DNA of 64,000 nt from an uncultured Chloroflexota bacterium. Lineage in GTDB: Bacteria > Chloroflexota > Chloroflexia > Thermomicrobiales > UBA6265. The DNA lies in NCBI GenBank assembly GCA_937901745.1, contig CALGSZ010000105.1, forward strand, positions 122,028-186,027, read 5' to 3'. The first letter of the stretch is position 1. Each line of letters begins with the position of its first letter. This document shows, one piece after another, positions 47,655-56,572 of this stretch. Position numbers and translations under genes: made by a program. Under the pieces are notes generated by a model. That model was not told the origin of the DNA and made no database searches. It saw nothing but the letters and a program-made list of their open reading frames with translations.

Positions 47655-50294
47655 GTGTCTTCTGACCGATGGGCTTCCACCACGGCCGAGCCCAGCCTGA
47701 CGCGAGCTGACGACAGGCAGCCCGCACCGGCCGACGTACCGGCGCTCCACGTCGAGGGTATTACCAAAGCCTTCTCCGGAAATGTCGTTCTCAACCAGGT
47801 GACGTTGACCGTTCTGCCGGGCGAGATCCACTGTCTACTTGGCGAGAACGGAGCGGGCAAGAGCAGTCTGCTGAAGGTCATCACCGGCGCGCTGACGCCC
47901 GACCAGGGGACCATCGAAATCGGTGGCCAGCGCCACTCTCGCCTAACGCCCGATCGAGCGCGGTCGCTCGGTATTGCCGCGGTCTATCAGGAACTCAGCC
48001 TCTTTCCACACCTGACCGTTGCGGAAAACATCTTTGTAAGACAACTCCCCACGCGGCTACACCAGCGCGATGATGCCGCGATGCGAGCCACTCTGCAGCA
48101 GCTTGCATCCGAGTATGAGCTTGAATTGAATCCGGACGCGGTGGTGGGCGACCTCTCACTGGCGGAGCAACAGCTAGTGGAGTTCGCGAAAGCGCTAATC
48201 GCTAAACCGCGCGTACTCATTCTCGATGAAGCGACATCGGCGCTCGCCCAGCATCAGGTTGAGATTCTCTTTAGAGCCGTGCGGAAGCTCCGCGACGCCG
48301 GCACGGCGATCATCTTCGTCTCCCATAGGCTCAGCGAGATTTTCGAGCTCTGCGACCGGATCACTGTCCTGAAGAACGGTGAGCATGTCGCGACGTTGCC
48401 GGTTTCCGAGGCGGAGCCCGACCGCCTGATTCAGCTGATGACCGGTCGGCCTGTCGAGCTCGTGTTCCCGCCGAAGCCGCCCGTCGAAGAGGTGCTGCAA
48501 CGGCCGGTCGTGCTCTCGGTTCAGCGACTCTCCAGCGGCCACCGCTTCTCGGACGTCAGCTTCGAGCTCCACCAGGGGGAGATCCTCGGCCTCGGCGGAC
48601 TTCAAGGGCAAGGGCAACGAGAGCTGCTCCGCTCCTTATTCGGCGTCCATGACACGAGCGGCATCATTCAGCTGGATGCCGCGAATGGGAGCATCTCGAG
48701 CCCGCGTTCCGCGATCGCGAAAGGCATCGCCTATGTCCCCGAAGATCGCAAGACCGAGGGATTGCTCCTTCCCAAATCCGTTCGAGAAAACATCGCACTC
48801 CCGAACTTGCGTCGCCTGACGCGATGGCGCCTGCTCAGCCGGGGGCAGGAATCGACGCTGGTCTCCAATCTCATCCAGGAGTTGCAGGTCAGGACCCGCT
48901 CTCCCAAGCAGCCCGTCGTTCGCCTCTCCGGCGGCAATCAGCAGAAAGTCGTCATGGCGAAGTGGCTCCCACGGGAGCCGCGAATCCTGCTACTCGCCGA
49001 GCCCACGCGAGGCATTGACGTCGGGACGAAGCAGGAGATTTATCACCTGCTCCGGCAACTCGCCGCCCAGGGCACGAGCATGATCTTGATCTCGTCGGAC
49101 ACGATCGAGCTCCTGGGGTTGAGCGACCGCATCCTCGTGTTGTACGAGCGACGCCCGGTCGCAATGCTGTCCGGCGACGAGATCACCGAGGAGAACCTCG
49201 TTCGCGCGTCGCTGCTCGGCGGAAGCGCGACATCAGACAACGGAACCACCGGCCACACCCGTCAATTGAAGGCCACCCAATCGGCATCGCGGCCCGCATC
49301 TTCATCACCGGCGAGTCAGAGCGAGGCGCGACGCGCGGCGCAGCGGGCATCCCGGTGGCGGACCTGGCGAGAAGCCGCGCCGATCACCGCGGTCATGCTA
49401 CTGCTCGCCGTCGTCTACGCCGTGCTCTCCCGCGAGTCACTGAGCCTGCAGACGGTCAACAATCTGCTCGTCTACTTGCTACCGCTGCTGCTCGCTTCGA
49501 TGGCCCAGGCGCTCATCATGATCACCGGGGGAATTGACCTCTCCATCGGCGCCATGATGACCTTGGGCTCGGCAATCCTCGTGACGCGGATGGGCGACTC
49601 CCCGGTCTCGATGATTGCCACGTTGGCGTTGGTAGCTGGGGTCGGTTTGGTGCTCGGAGCGTGCAACGGCGCGCTGGTGAGCCTAGCCCGGCTCCCGGCA
49701 ATCATCGTGACACTTGCGACATCATTCGTCTGGACCGGCTTCGCTCTCGCGGTCTTGCCACGCGCCTCCGGCCATCTCCCGCGTGACTTCTCCAATGCGC
49801 TGAAGCATCAGCTCGGGGGCGTCGTACCCGTTTCGCTTCTCGTCCTCGTCGGTGCCGTGATTCTGTGGACCGCGATCAAGCGATCCCGGCTTGGCCTTTC
49901 AATCTATGCGCTCGGCGATAACCCTGGCGGCGCCTACATTTCCGGTATTCCCCTGCACCGAACTCGCATCGCGGCCTATACGCTCGCTGGTCTCCTGACG
50001 ATGCTCGCCGCGGCGGCGCTCGCTGGCTATACCGGCACCAGCGATCCCACGATCGGGCCCCCGTATACGCTGATGTCGATCACAGCGGCCGTCTTGGGTG
50101 GCGTCAGCTTCCTGGGAGGACAGGGCGTCATGCGCGGCGTCATCGCCGGTGCGCTGACCTACGGCTTCCTGACCCAAATCCTGACGATCTCCGGCTTCGA
50201 TCCGTCGTACCAGCGCGTCGTGCAGGGCATGGTCCTGATCGTGGCTCTCGGCATTCGCGCACTGGGCGCCTATCGCCTCTCGCGCGAGCGCTAG
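47655..50294 (+). CDS. Fused sugar ABC ATPase (duplicated) and RbsC-like permease in one 879-aa ORF
   Basis: Walker A GENGAGKSSL and GLQGQGQREL. Signatures LSLAEQQ and LSGGNQQK. A Ser/Ala/Arg-rich linker of about 55 aa is followed by the permease block ITGGIDLSIGAMM and about 9 hydrophobic segments, all in the same frame. Confidence 0.85.
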   Translation: MSSDRWASTTAEPSLTRADDRQPAPADVPALHVEGITKAFSGNVVLNQVTLTVLPGEIHCLLGENGAGKSSLLKVITGALTPDQGTIEIGGQRHSRLTPDRARSLGIAAVYQELSLFPHLTVAENIFVRQLPTRLHQRDDAAMRATLQQLASEYELELNPDAVVGDLSLAEQQLVEFAKALIAKPRVLILDEATSALAQHQVEILFRAVRKLRDAGTAIIFVSHRLSEIFELCDRITVLKNGEHVATLPVSEAEPDRLIQLMTGRPVELVFPPKPPVEEVLQRPVVLSVQRLSSGHRFSDVSFELHQGEILGLGGLQGQGQRELLRSLFGVHDTSGIIQLDAANGSISSPRSAIAKGIAYVPEDRKTEGLLLPKSVRENIALPNLRRLTRWRLLSRGQESTLVSNLIQELQVRTRSPKQPVVRLSGGNQQKVVMAKWLPREPRILLLAEPTRGIDVGTKQEIYHLLRQLAAQGTSMILISSDTIELLGLSDRILVLYERRPVAMLSGDEITEENLVRASLLGGSATSDNGTTGHTRQLKATQSASRPASSSPASQSEARRAAQRASRWRTWREAAPITAVMLLLAVVYAVLSRESLSLQTVNNLLVYLLPLLLASMAQALIMITGGIDLSIGAMMTLGSAILVTRMGDSPVSMIATLALVAGVGLVLGACNGALVSLARLPAIIVTLATSFVWTGFALAVLPRASGHLPRDFSNALKHQLGGVVPVSLLVLVGAVILWTAIKRSRLGLSIYALGDNPGGAYISGIPLHRTRIAAYTLAGLLTMLAAAALAGYTGTSDPTIGPPYTLMSITAAVLGGVSFLGGQGVMRGVIAGALTYGFLTQILTISGFDPSYQRVVQGMVLIVALGIRALGAYRLSRER

Positions 50295-50318
50295 CACTTC
50301 GAGGAGCTTAGACACCCA

Positions 50319-51284
50319 ATGGGACAGACACTCCGGCGGCTGCGATTCGGACAGACGAACTTCGATCCGCTGATCCTTACCTTCGTCGCACTTGCCATCG
50401 TTTGGGCGATCGCCCTGATCGATATCGAGGGCTACCGCTCCCTGAAAGCGAATCTCCGCTTCCTGCGCTTCGCCTCGCTCCTGGCCATCGTCGGCATCGG
50501 CCAGACTATCGTCGTCCTCCAAGGAGGAATTGACCTATCTGTCGCCGCGGTCATCGGGCTCGCGGGCGTGGTCGGCGGCAACCTCATTTCTCAGTTCGGT
50601 CAAGAAGTCGGCATCACGCTGACGCTGATCGTGGCGGCACTGGTCGGGATCATCAATGGACTTGGCACCATCGGGCTGCGCCTTCCCCCGTTGATCATGA
50701 CGCTGGCGACGTCCGCGATCATCGATGGCGCGCTACGCATATACAACTCAGGCAATCCCGTCAGTGCGCAATCCCCTTTGCTGCAGCGGTTGGCGCTCGA
50801 TGATACCTGGGGGATTCCCAATTCCGCACTGCTCGCGCTCGCCATCGCAATTGTGATGATGGTCATCTTGCATGGGACCGCTTTCGGGCGCAGCATTTAC
50901 GCGATCGGCGTCAATCCCCAGGTGGCGTATCTTTCTGGAATCCCAGTCGGCTTCACGCAGCTCGCGACCTACGCGATTTCGAGCGTGACCGCGGCAATCG
51001 TCGGCCTCCTGCTGCTCGGCCAGACAGGCTACAGCTTCCAGGATATGGGGACGCCGTACCTGCTGCAGTCAATCGCGGTCGTCGTGCTGGGAGGAACTTC
51101 CATTCTCGGTGGCCGCGGGAAGCTGGTCGGCACGCTCGCCGCGGCCCTCTTCATGATCATTCTGACGAGCTGGCTCCAGGCACTACGAGTTTCGGAGGCT
51201 TTCCGCCTCGTTGCTCAGGGGCTGCTCTTGCTCCTGCTGCTCATCGCCTACGGCTTGACGAACGAGTCAAGCGAATCCCGCTAG
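50319..51284 (+). CDS. Sugar ABC transporter permease (RbsC/AraH family)
   Basis: 321-aa multi-TM ORF with LQGGIDLSVAAVIGL. GAGGAG lies upstream of ATG-50319. Confidence 0.9.
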   Translation: MGQTLRRLRFGQTNFDPLILTFVALAIVWAIALIDIEGYRSLKANLRFLRFASLLAIVGIGQTIVVLQGGIDLSVAAVIGLAGVVGGNLISQFGQEVGITLTLIVAALVGIINGLGTIGLRLPPLIMTLATSAIIDGALRIYNSGNPVSAQSPLLQRLALDDTWGIPNSALLALAIAIVMMVILHGTAFGRSIYAIGVNPQVAYLSGIPVGFTQLATYAISSVTAAIVGLLLLGQTGYSFQDMGTPYLLQSIAVVVLGGTSILGGRGKLVGTLAAALFMIILTSWLQALRVSEAFRLVAQGLLLLLLLIAYGLTNESSESR

Positions 51285-51318
51285 CCGCACGCCGGCGCCT
51301 GAGCCCCCGCCAGACTCG

Positions 51319-51747
51319 CTAGTCAGCGCCAGCAGGCTCTGGCGCCGGCAACGCGACGAGATCATTGAAGAGATCTTCGAGCTCAGCCTCCGGATCGTCG
51401 CAGAGGCCAGTGTGCACGGGTGAAGGCTGGACGATGGTGCTCGCCGGCGCCGACAACCAGTGCCACCGCTCGCCGAGCGAGAGGCGGGCAATCGGTCCGG
51501 CGGTGGGATCGCCAGCGCAGATCCGCGGGATCAACGCGAGGTGCGCCTCGATCTGCTCGACCGTCGCCTGGTCCAAGTAGGGCGCGAGCGCCAGCAGGCG
51601 ATCCCGGTCGAGCGCCACCCGCGCCCCCAAGAACCGGCGTGGCCGGCAAATCAGGATGACGCCCGCGTTCAGGCACTCGCCCCGCTCGACGCGCGGAACG
51701 ACGCGGACGATCGTGTACTCAAACGGCACGCGCGGCGACTCGGGCAC
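51319..51747 (-). CDS. DUF3037-like protein
   Basis: N-terminus PFEYTIVRVVPRVERGECLNAGVIL fits the pattern I recognise for DUF3037. GTG-51747, 6 nt after GAGGAGG, is preferred over the track's TTG-51765. It overlaps the upstream kinase-like gene by 29 nt. Confidence 0.65.
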   Translation of the reverse strand: MPESPRVPFEYTIVRVVPRVERGECLNAGVILICRPRRFLGARVALDRDRLLALAPYLDQATVEQIEAHLALIPRICAGDPTAGPIARLSLGERWHWLSAPASTIVQPSPVHTGLCDDPEAELEDLFNDLVALPAPEPAGAD

Positions 51748-52507
51748 GCTCGGCCTCCTCGACAAAGACAGCGGCGGCTTCCAAGCGCCAGGTGAGCATA
51801 TCGCGGTACGCGGCGCGGTGCTGCTCGACGTCCGCGAACCGTGGTTCCCCTTCCAGCCAGGCGTCCGGGATCATCGCCACAATCCGCTCGATCGTCTCGG
51901 CCGTCATCCGATTTTCGAGCTCGGGCGCAACCCCCGGAATCGGACCGGCGAACGGCAGCAGGACGTGCTCGCGAATGAGCGGAAAGGGCGATCGCGCGCG
52001 GCTTTCGACGTTCTCCCACGTGTGATGGACATAGAGCGCCGCTCCGTGGTCGATCAGCCACAGGCGGTGGTGCCAGAGGAGCAGATTCGGGTTGCGCGGG
52101 GTCCGATCGACGTTCATCACGTAGGCATCGAACCAGACGACGGAGGCCGCCAGCGCCGGGTCGAGACTCGGTCCGGCCGCCACCGTGAAGGCGAGCGCGC
52201 CGGGCAGATAGTCCATCGCCAGGTTGAGCCCCGCGCTCGCGTTGAGAAGATCCTGGATTTCCGGGTCCGGCTCCGCTCGCGCCAGGGCAGGATCGAGTTC
52301 AACGAAGACGATCTCCGGTACGGGCAACCCGAGCGCCCGCCCGATCTCCCCGGCGACAAGCTCCGCGATCAACGCTTTCGGTCCCTGGCCGGCGCCACGG
52401 AACTTGACGACATACATGCCGTCGTCGTCCGCCTCGACGATCGCGGGCAGCGATCCCCCTTCGCGGAGGGGCGTCACATAGCGAGTGGCGACGACGGTTC
52501 GGAGCAC
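51719..52507 (-). CDS. Minimal PI3/PI4-kinase / HipA-like kinase-fold protein
   Basis: 262-aa ORF. GTG-52507 follows GGGAGAGAG. Motifs VVKFRGAGQG (Lys), NVDRTPRNPN (DRxxxN catalytic loop) and LIDHG (DxG). Confidence 0.65.
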   Translation of the reverse strand: MLRTVVATRYVTPLREGGSLPAIVEADDDGMYVVKFRGAGQGPKALIAELVAGEIGRALGLPVPEIVFVELDPALARAEPDPEIQDLLNASAGLNLAMDYLPGALAFTVAAGPSLDPALAASVVWFDAYVMNVDRTPRNPNLLLWHHRLWLIDHGAALYVHHTWENVESRARSPFPLIREHVLLPFAGPIPGVAPELENRMTAETIERIVAMIPDAWLEGEPRFADVEQHRAAYRDMLTWRLEAAAVFVEEAERARVAARAV

Positions 52508-52547
52508 GCTCTCTCTCCCTCGGCCCTCACCGGGCTACTCGACAGGG

Positions 52548-53612
52548 CTAGCGAACGCCGCCCCAAATGTCGCCGACGACGAACCCCTCCGGGAACGGAT
52601 CGGTCGCGTCAACGAGATATTGGCTGAAGCCGGTGATCCAAGCCTGGCCGCCGAACTCGGGCACCACCGCGGGATAGGGCCCAACCCGCGTCTCCTCGAC
52701 CAGCCTGCCGACGAAGGTGGTGCCGATGATGCTCTCGTGGACGAAATCCTGATGCAGGCCAAGCTGACCGCGCGCGTGCAGCACCGCCATCCGTGCGCAG
52801 GTGCCAGTGCCACAGGCCGATCGGTCCAGGACCCCGGTCCAGGTCGCTGGCCGCTGCCAATCGAAGCTGCCGGTCGAGATGACGACCGTGTTCTTGGCGT
52901 GCGCGTCGGCCCGTGTCGGTGGCGCGCTGATGAGCGCGATCGTCGGACCGACGATTTCCGGGTTTTCGGGATGAGTCACTGGATACTGCTCGCGGGTGGC
53001 CGCCTTGACCATCTCACCGATGCGGACGCAATCGGCGCCCTCATCTGGTGTCACGCGTAGCCCGAGCGCCGGCCCGTCGAAGAGGACGTACATCATCCCG
53101 CCCCAGGCGACGTCCACGGTCACCGTGCCGAGCGTCGGCACCTCGACGGGCACGCCGAGATGGATCGCGAACGACGGGACGCTGCGCACGGTCACGCGCG
53201 TCACCTTACCGTCGCGGCAATCGGCGCGGACACGAACCAGACCGGCCGGTTCTTCCAGCGTCAGCTCGGTGACCGGCTCGGTCATCGGCAACATGCCCGT
53301 CTCTAGCAGGACCGTCGCCACGCAGATGGTGTTGCTGCCGGACATCGGCGGATACTCCATCTGCTCCATGATGACGAAGCCCGCGTCCGCTTCCGGCCGG
53401 GTCGGCGGCAAAAGGACGTTGCAGCACAGCGCCGGATACCCCCGCGGCTCACGCAGCATCAGGCGACGCAAGCCGTCGCCGTGCGTGGCGAGGTAGCGCA
53501 TCTTCTCGAACATGGTCGCGCCGGGGACGTCGAGGACGCCGCCGGTGATGACGCGGCCAGGCTCGCCTTCAGCGTGCGCCTCGACCGCGGTGATCGCCCG
53601 AGCGATGCGCAT
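52548..53612 (-). CDS. Proline racemase superfamily enzyme (hydroxyproline epimerase/dehydratase-like), Ser/Cys catalytic pair
   Basis: 354-aa ORF. N-terminal AVEAHAEGEPGRVI. First catalytic position is PMSGSNTI (Ser where racemases have Cys). Second is DRSACGTGTCA (Cys retained). Confidence 0.85.
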   Translation of the reverse strand: MRIARAITAVEAHAEGEPGRVITGGVLDVPGATMFEKMRYLATHGDGLRRLMLREPRGYPALCCNVLLPPTRPEADAGFVIMEQMEYPPMSGSNTICVATVLLETGMLPMTEPVTELTLEEPAGLVRVRADCRDGKVTRVTVRSVPSFAIHLGVPVEVPTLGTVTVDVAWGGMMYVLFDGPALGLRVTPDEGADCVRIGEMVKAATREQYPVTHPENPEIVGPTIALISAPPTRADAHAKNTVVISTGSFDWQRPATWTGVLDRSACGTGTCARMAVLHARGQLGLHQDFVHESIIGTTFVGRLVEETRVGPYPAVVPEFGGQAWITGFSQYLVDATDPFPEGFVVGDIWGGVR

Positions 53613-53619
53613 CTTGCTC

Positions 53620-55344
53620 CTACCCCGCGGCCGGCTGGCCGTGATCCGCGAGAATCGCGTCGGCGAGCTTTTCCGCGACCATGATCGTCGGCAGATTCGT
53701 GTTCGCGCAGGGGATTGTTGGCATCACCGAGGCGTCGGCCACGCGCAGCCCGGTGACGCCGATGACGCGACCGGCTGCATCGACAACGGCGTTGGGATCG
53801 TCTTCACGCCCCATCCGGCAGGTGCCGCAGGCGTGCCATGTCCCGTGCACCTGCTCCCGGACGAACGCCTCGAGCGCTTCCTCGTCGCGGACGATCGCCT
53901 GGAGCCACCGCCCTCCGGACACGCGCCGTCGCATCACCGCGCGGCGGATCGGCGTCGGAAGATCCAGGAGCCAGCCAATCGGCGCGGTGCGCAGCCAGTT
54001 ATTTCGCGACACGATGGCCAAATCCCGGGCGCGCTCGGTATAGCTGGTCGGGAACGGGTAAGCGGCCGCGCGGCGCATCGCCGGGTGGCGATAGAGGCGG
54101 GCGATTAGCCGCAAGCCATCCATCAGCCGGCAAGCATCGCGCGGATCGGAGAGCAGATTGAAGTCCACCTCCGGCTCGCGGTCGGGGTCCGGCGAAGCGA
54201 GCGAGACGCGACCCGTCGAATAGGCCTTGTTGACCCAGAGCAGGAAGCCGCCCATCCGGCGACCGAGCGGATGCCAGGCGCTGCGATTGACGACGACCCC
54301 GTACATGTCGGTCTCGCAGCAGTCGTCTCGACCGGAGGAGTACCGGAATCCGACGAAGATGTGCCGGCCCTGCCAGGCTGGCAACCGGGAATCCGGCCGG
54401 AGATAGGAGGAGACGGCGATCTGCGGATGCTCCTGCAAATTGGTTCCGACGCCGGGCCGGTCAGCGACAACGGGAATGCCAAGCCTCTGGAGCTCCGCCC
54501 CCGGCCCAATGCCAGCGCGGAGGAGCATTGCCGGGGAATGCAACGCGCCCGCGGCGAGGACGACTTCCGCGCCCTGGATGACGCGGCGCGCGCCTCGCTC
54601 ATCCTCAACCTCCACACCCTCAACGCGGCGCTCGTTGATCAGGACGCGGCGGACGCGCGTCCGATCGAGGATCGTCAGGTTCGGGCGGCGGCGAGTTAGC
54701 GGATCGAGGTAGGCGGTCGCCGTCGAGACTCGGCGGTCGTAGAGATTGTTGATCGTGATCGGGAAGTGGCCGGGCTGGAACGACTCGTTCTGGTCTTCGA
54801 TGTAGGGAAAGCCCTCGGCCTGGAGCGCCTCGGCGGCCGCCCGTGAGAATCCCGGCCAGCATTGACGCGGAACCCGGCGGATCGGCAGCGGCCCGCCCCG
54901 GCCATGCATCGGACCATCGAAATCGACGTCGTGCTCCAGCCGCTTGAAGTAGGGTAGGACGCCGTCCCACCCCCAACCCGTCGCGCCGAGCGCTTCCCAC
55001 TCGTCGTAGTCCGACGGCTGGCCGCGGTTCGCCATCATCCCGTTGATGCTCGAGCCGCCGCCCATCACCTTCGCCTGCTCGTAGCGACGCAGGGGGCGGG
55101 TGTCCGGCCCCTCCTTCGGACGTGGTTGGAGGCGAACCCGGAGCTCGGTCCAGTGGTGCCGGGGATCGAAGTAGGCGACGATGGGGTAGCTGTCCCACAG
55201 GACCGAATCGTGGTGGTCAGGCGGTTTGTCTGGGCCGGCTTCGATCAGCAGGACGCGCAGATCGGGCCGCGCCGAGACGCGGTGAGCCAGCACGCAACCG
55301 GCCGTGCCGCCACCGACGATGATGACGTCGTACCGCTGATCCAT
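53620..55344 (-). CDS. GMC-family FAD oxidoreductase (choline dehydrogenase-like)
   Basis: 574-aa ORF. YDVIIVGGGTAGCVLAHRVS. C-terminal GTCRMG...VVD...LRVADASVMP. Confidence 0.9.
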   Translation of the reverse strand: MDQRYDVIIVGGGTAGCVLAHRVSARPDLRVLLIEAGPDKPPDHHDSVLWDSYPIVAYFDPRHHWTELRVRLQPRPKEGPDTRPLRRYEQAKVMGGGSSINGMMANRGQPSDYDEWEALGATGWGWDGVLPYFKRLEHDVDFDGPMHGRGGPLPIRRVPRQCWPGFSRAAAEALQAEGFPYIEDQNESFQPGHFPITINNLYDRRVSTATAYLDPLTRRRPNLTILDRTRVRRVLINERRVEGVEVEDERGARRVIQGAEVVLAAGALHSPAMLLRAGIGPGAELQRLGIPVVADRPGVGTNLQEHPQIAVSSYLRPDSRLPAWQGRHIFVGFRYSSGRDDCCETDMYGVVVNRSAWHPLGRRMGGFLLWVNKAYSTGRVSLASPDPDREPEVDFNLLSDPRDACRLMDGLRLIARLYRHPAMRRAAAYPFPTSYTERARDLAIVSRNNWLRTAPIGWLLDLPTPIRRAVMRRRVSGGRWLQAIVRDEEALEAFVREQVHGTWHACGTCRMGREDDPNAVVDAAGRVIGVTGLRVADASVMPTIPCANTNLPTIMVAEKLADAILADHGQPAAG

Positions 55345-55502
55345 CGGATTCTCACCGGCTCCGTCCGTGCGGCTGGCGAGCCGCGAAGCACCGCGGCGTT
55401 ACCCATCCGCCGGCCGACCCTTCGTCCGGCCGGCGACCACGATTCAAGCGCGGAGATCGTGTCACTGGCCCGTGAGGAGCCATCCGGCGGACGGCTCTCG
55501 GT

Positions 55503-56129
55503 CTAGGCCGAATGTGGACCGGGACGCCGCGGTTGCCGGCTGAAGGAAGCGGGAGCCCGATGCCAGCCGAGGGCCTCGACTTCGTCGCCGCGAATGGCGA
55601 GGAACGCTGACCGCGTCTCCGGATAGACTGCGGCGACCGCCTCGACCGGGATCCAGAGGTCGTCGTTGGCGCCAAAGAGTCCCTGCGCGTAAATCAGCCC
55701 GCGGCGCATCTTGCCCTGCTCCTCGATCCCCGACAGCACCTCAACGACGCGAGCAAGCGCGCCACTGCGAGCGTAGAGCGTGTAACCGGGGCCGATGTCA
55801 GCCACGGTGCCCTCTGGGCCACGGCGGGCGGCCAGATCGACTGGCGGCAGATTTGGGCCGAACATCGGCTTATCACCGATGGCCACCTCGCGGTCGAGCA
55901 AACCGGTGGCACCAGCGGGCCGCGTCGCCAGGAAGCCACAACCAAACAGGATCACGAGCGAGAGTCCGACGGCGAACCAGAGCTCCATCCGCTCGAGCTC
56001 CGGCTTGCCGTGCTCGAAGAGGTTCAGCAGGATCTCGCCGATACCAATGATCAGTGCGCCTGCTACGATCGCTACTCCAAGCGGCACGACCAGCGGACGG
56101 ATGATCCGCGTCATGAATCCTTGGGCCAC
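55503..56129 (-). CDS. Hypothetical membrane protein: 2 N-terminal TM plus a soluble domain (PRC-barrel-like, tentative)
   Basis: 208-aa ORF. Hydrophobic segments VVPLGVAIVAGALIIGIG and WFAVGLSLVILFGCGFL. The C-terminal LWIPVEAVAAVY...AFLAIRGDEVEAL is reminiscent of PRC barrels. It is the last gene on the cta strand. Confidence 0.55.
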   Translation of the reverse strand: MAQGFMTRIIRPLVVPLGVAIVAGALIIGIGEILLNLFEHGKPELERMELWFAVGLSLVILFGCGFLATRPAGATGLLDREVAIGDKPMFGPNLPPVDLAARRGPEGTVADIGPGYTLYARSGALARVVEVLSGIEEQGKMRRGLIYAQGLFGANDDLWIPVEAVAAVYPETRSAFLAIRGDEVEALGWHRAPASFSRQPRRPGPHSA

Positions 56130-56182
56130 GCCTGTCTTCTCCCCTCTTCTCCCAATCCTCTACCGCGGGACCAACGTCCCGC

Positions 56183-56497
56183 TCAGTCCAGCATCCATTC
56201 TGCCCGTTGTAAGCGTTTGCGCCGTGCCCGCACCCGACGCAATCGCAGGTAGAAAAGGAGCGGGCCGGCGATGGCAATAGCCGGGATTATCAAGAAGTAC
56301 CAGGCAGTGGCGGCCAGCAGCACCCCCGCGTGCCGACTCCCGCCTGCTACCCAAAAGATGATGGCAACCGTCGCCATCTTGAAAACGAACAGCGTCCAAA
56401 CAAACGTCCAGACTGTCGTCCGCTCCGCCGCTCGGCGCTTGCGTTCGGCAGCCTCGCTCACCTCGGTGGCGTAGGTGTGTATATCCACGCCAGGCAT
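56183..56497 (-). CDS. Hypothetical small membrane protein
   Basis: 104-aa ORF with hydrophobic segments (VWTFVWTLFVFKMATVAIIFWV, WYFLIIPAIAIAGPLLFY) and a basic C-terminus. It lies between ctaG and the 208-aa gene. Confidence 0.5.
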   Translation of the reverse strand: MPGVDIHTYATEVSEAAERKRRAAERTTVWTFVWTLFVFKMATVAIIFWVAGGSRHAGVLLAATAWYFLIIPAIAIAGPLLFYLRLRRVRARRKRLQRAEWMLD

Positions 56498-56572
56498 AGC
56501 TCGCCCACCTACCGTTACGCGCCATCGGCCCTCTGCTGGGAGCGGACACGCCCGCTAACGGTCGAAACGGTC

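Noticed and set aside
46163-51284. Apparent lower G+C of the sugar ABC transporter cluster, as a possible horizontally acquired island
   Set aside because: My hand counts of about a dozen 60-nt lines in this cluster gave roughly 52-70% G+C. The few lines I counted in other genes gave 55-70%, with a ctaD line at 55%, so the ranges overlap. There are no flanking repeats, tRNA or integrase. A proper sliding-window GC and codon-usage analysis would be needed.
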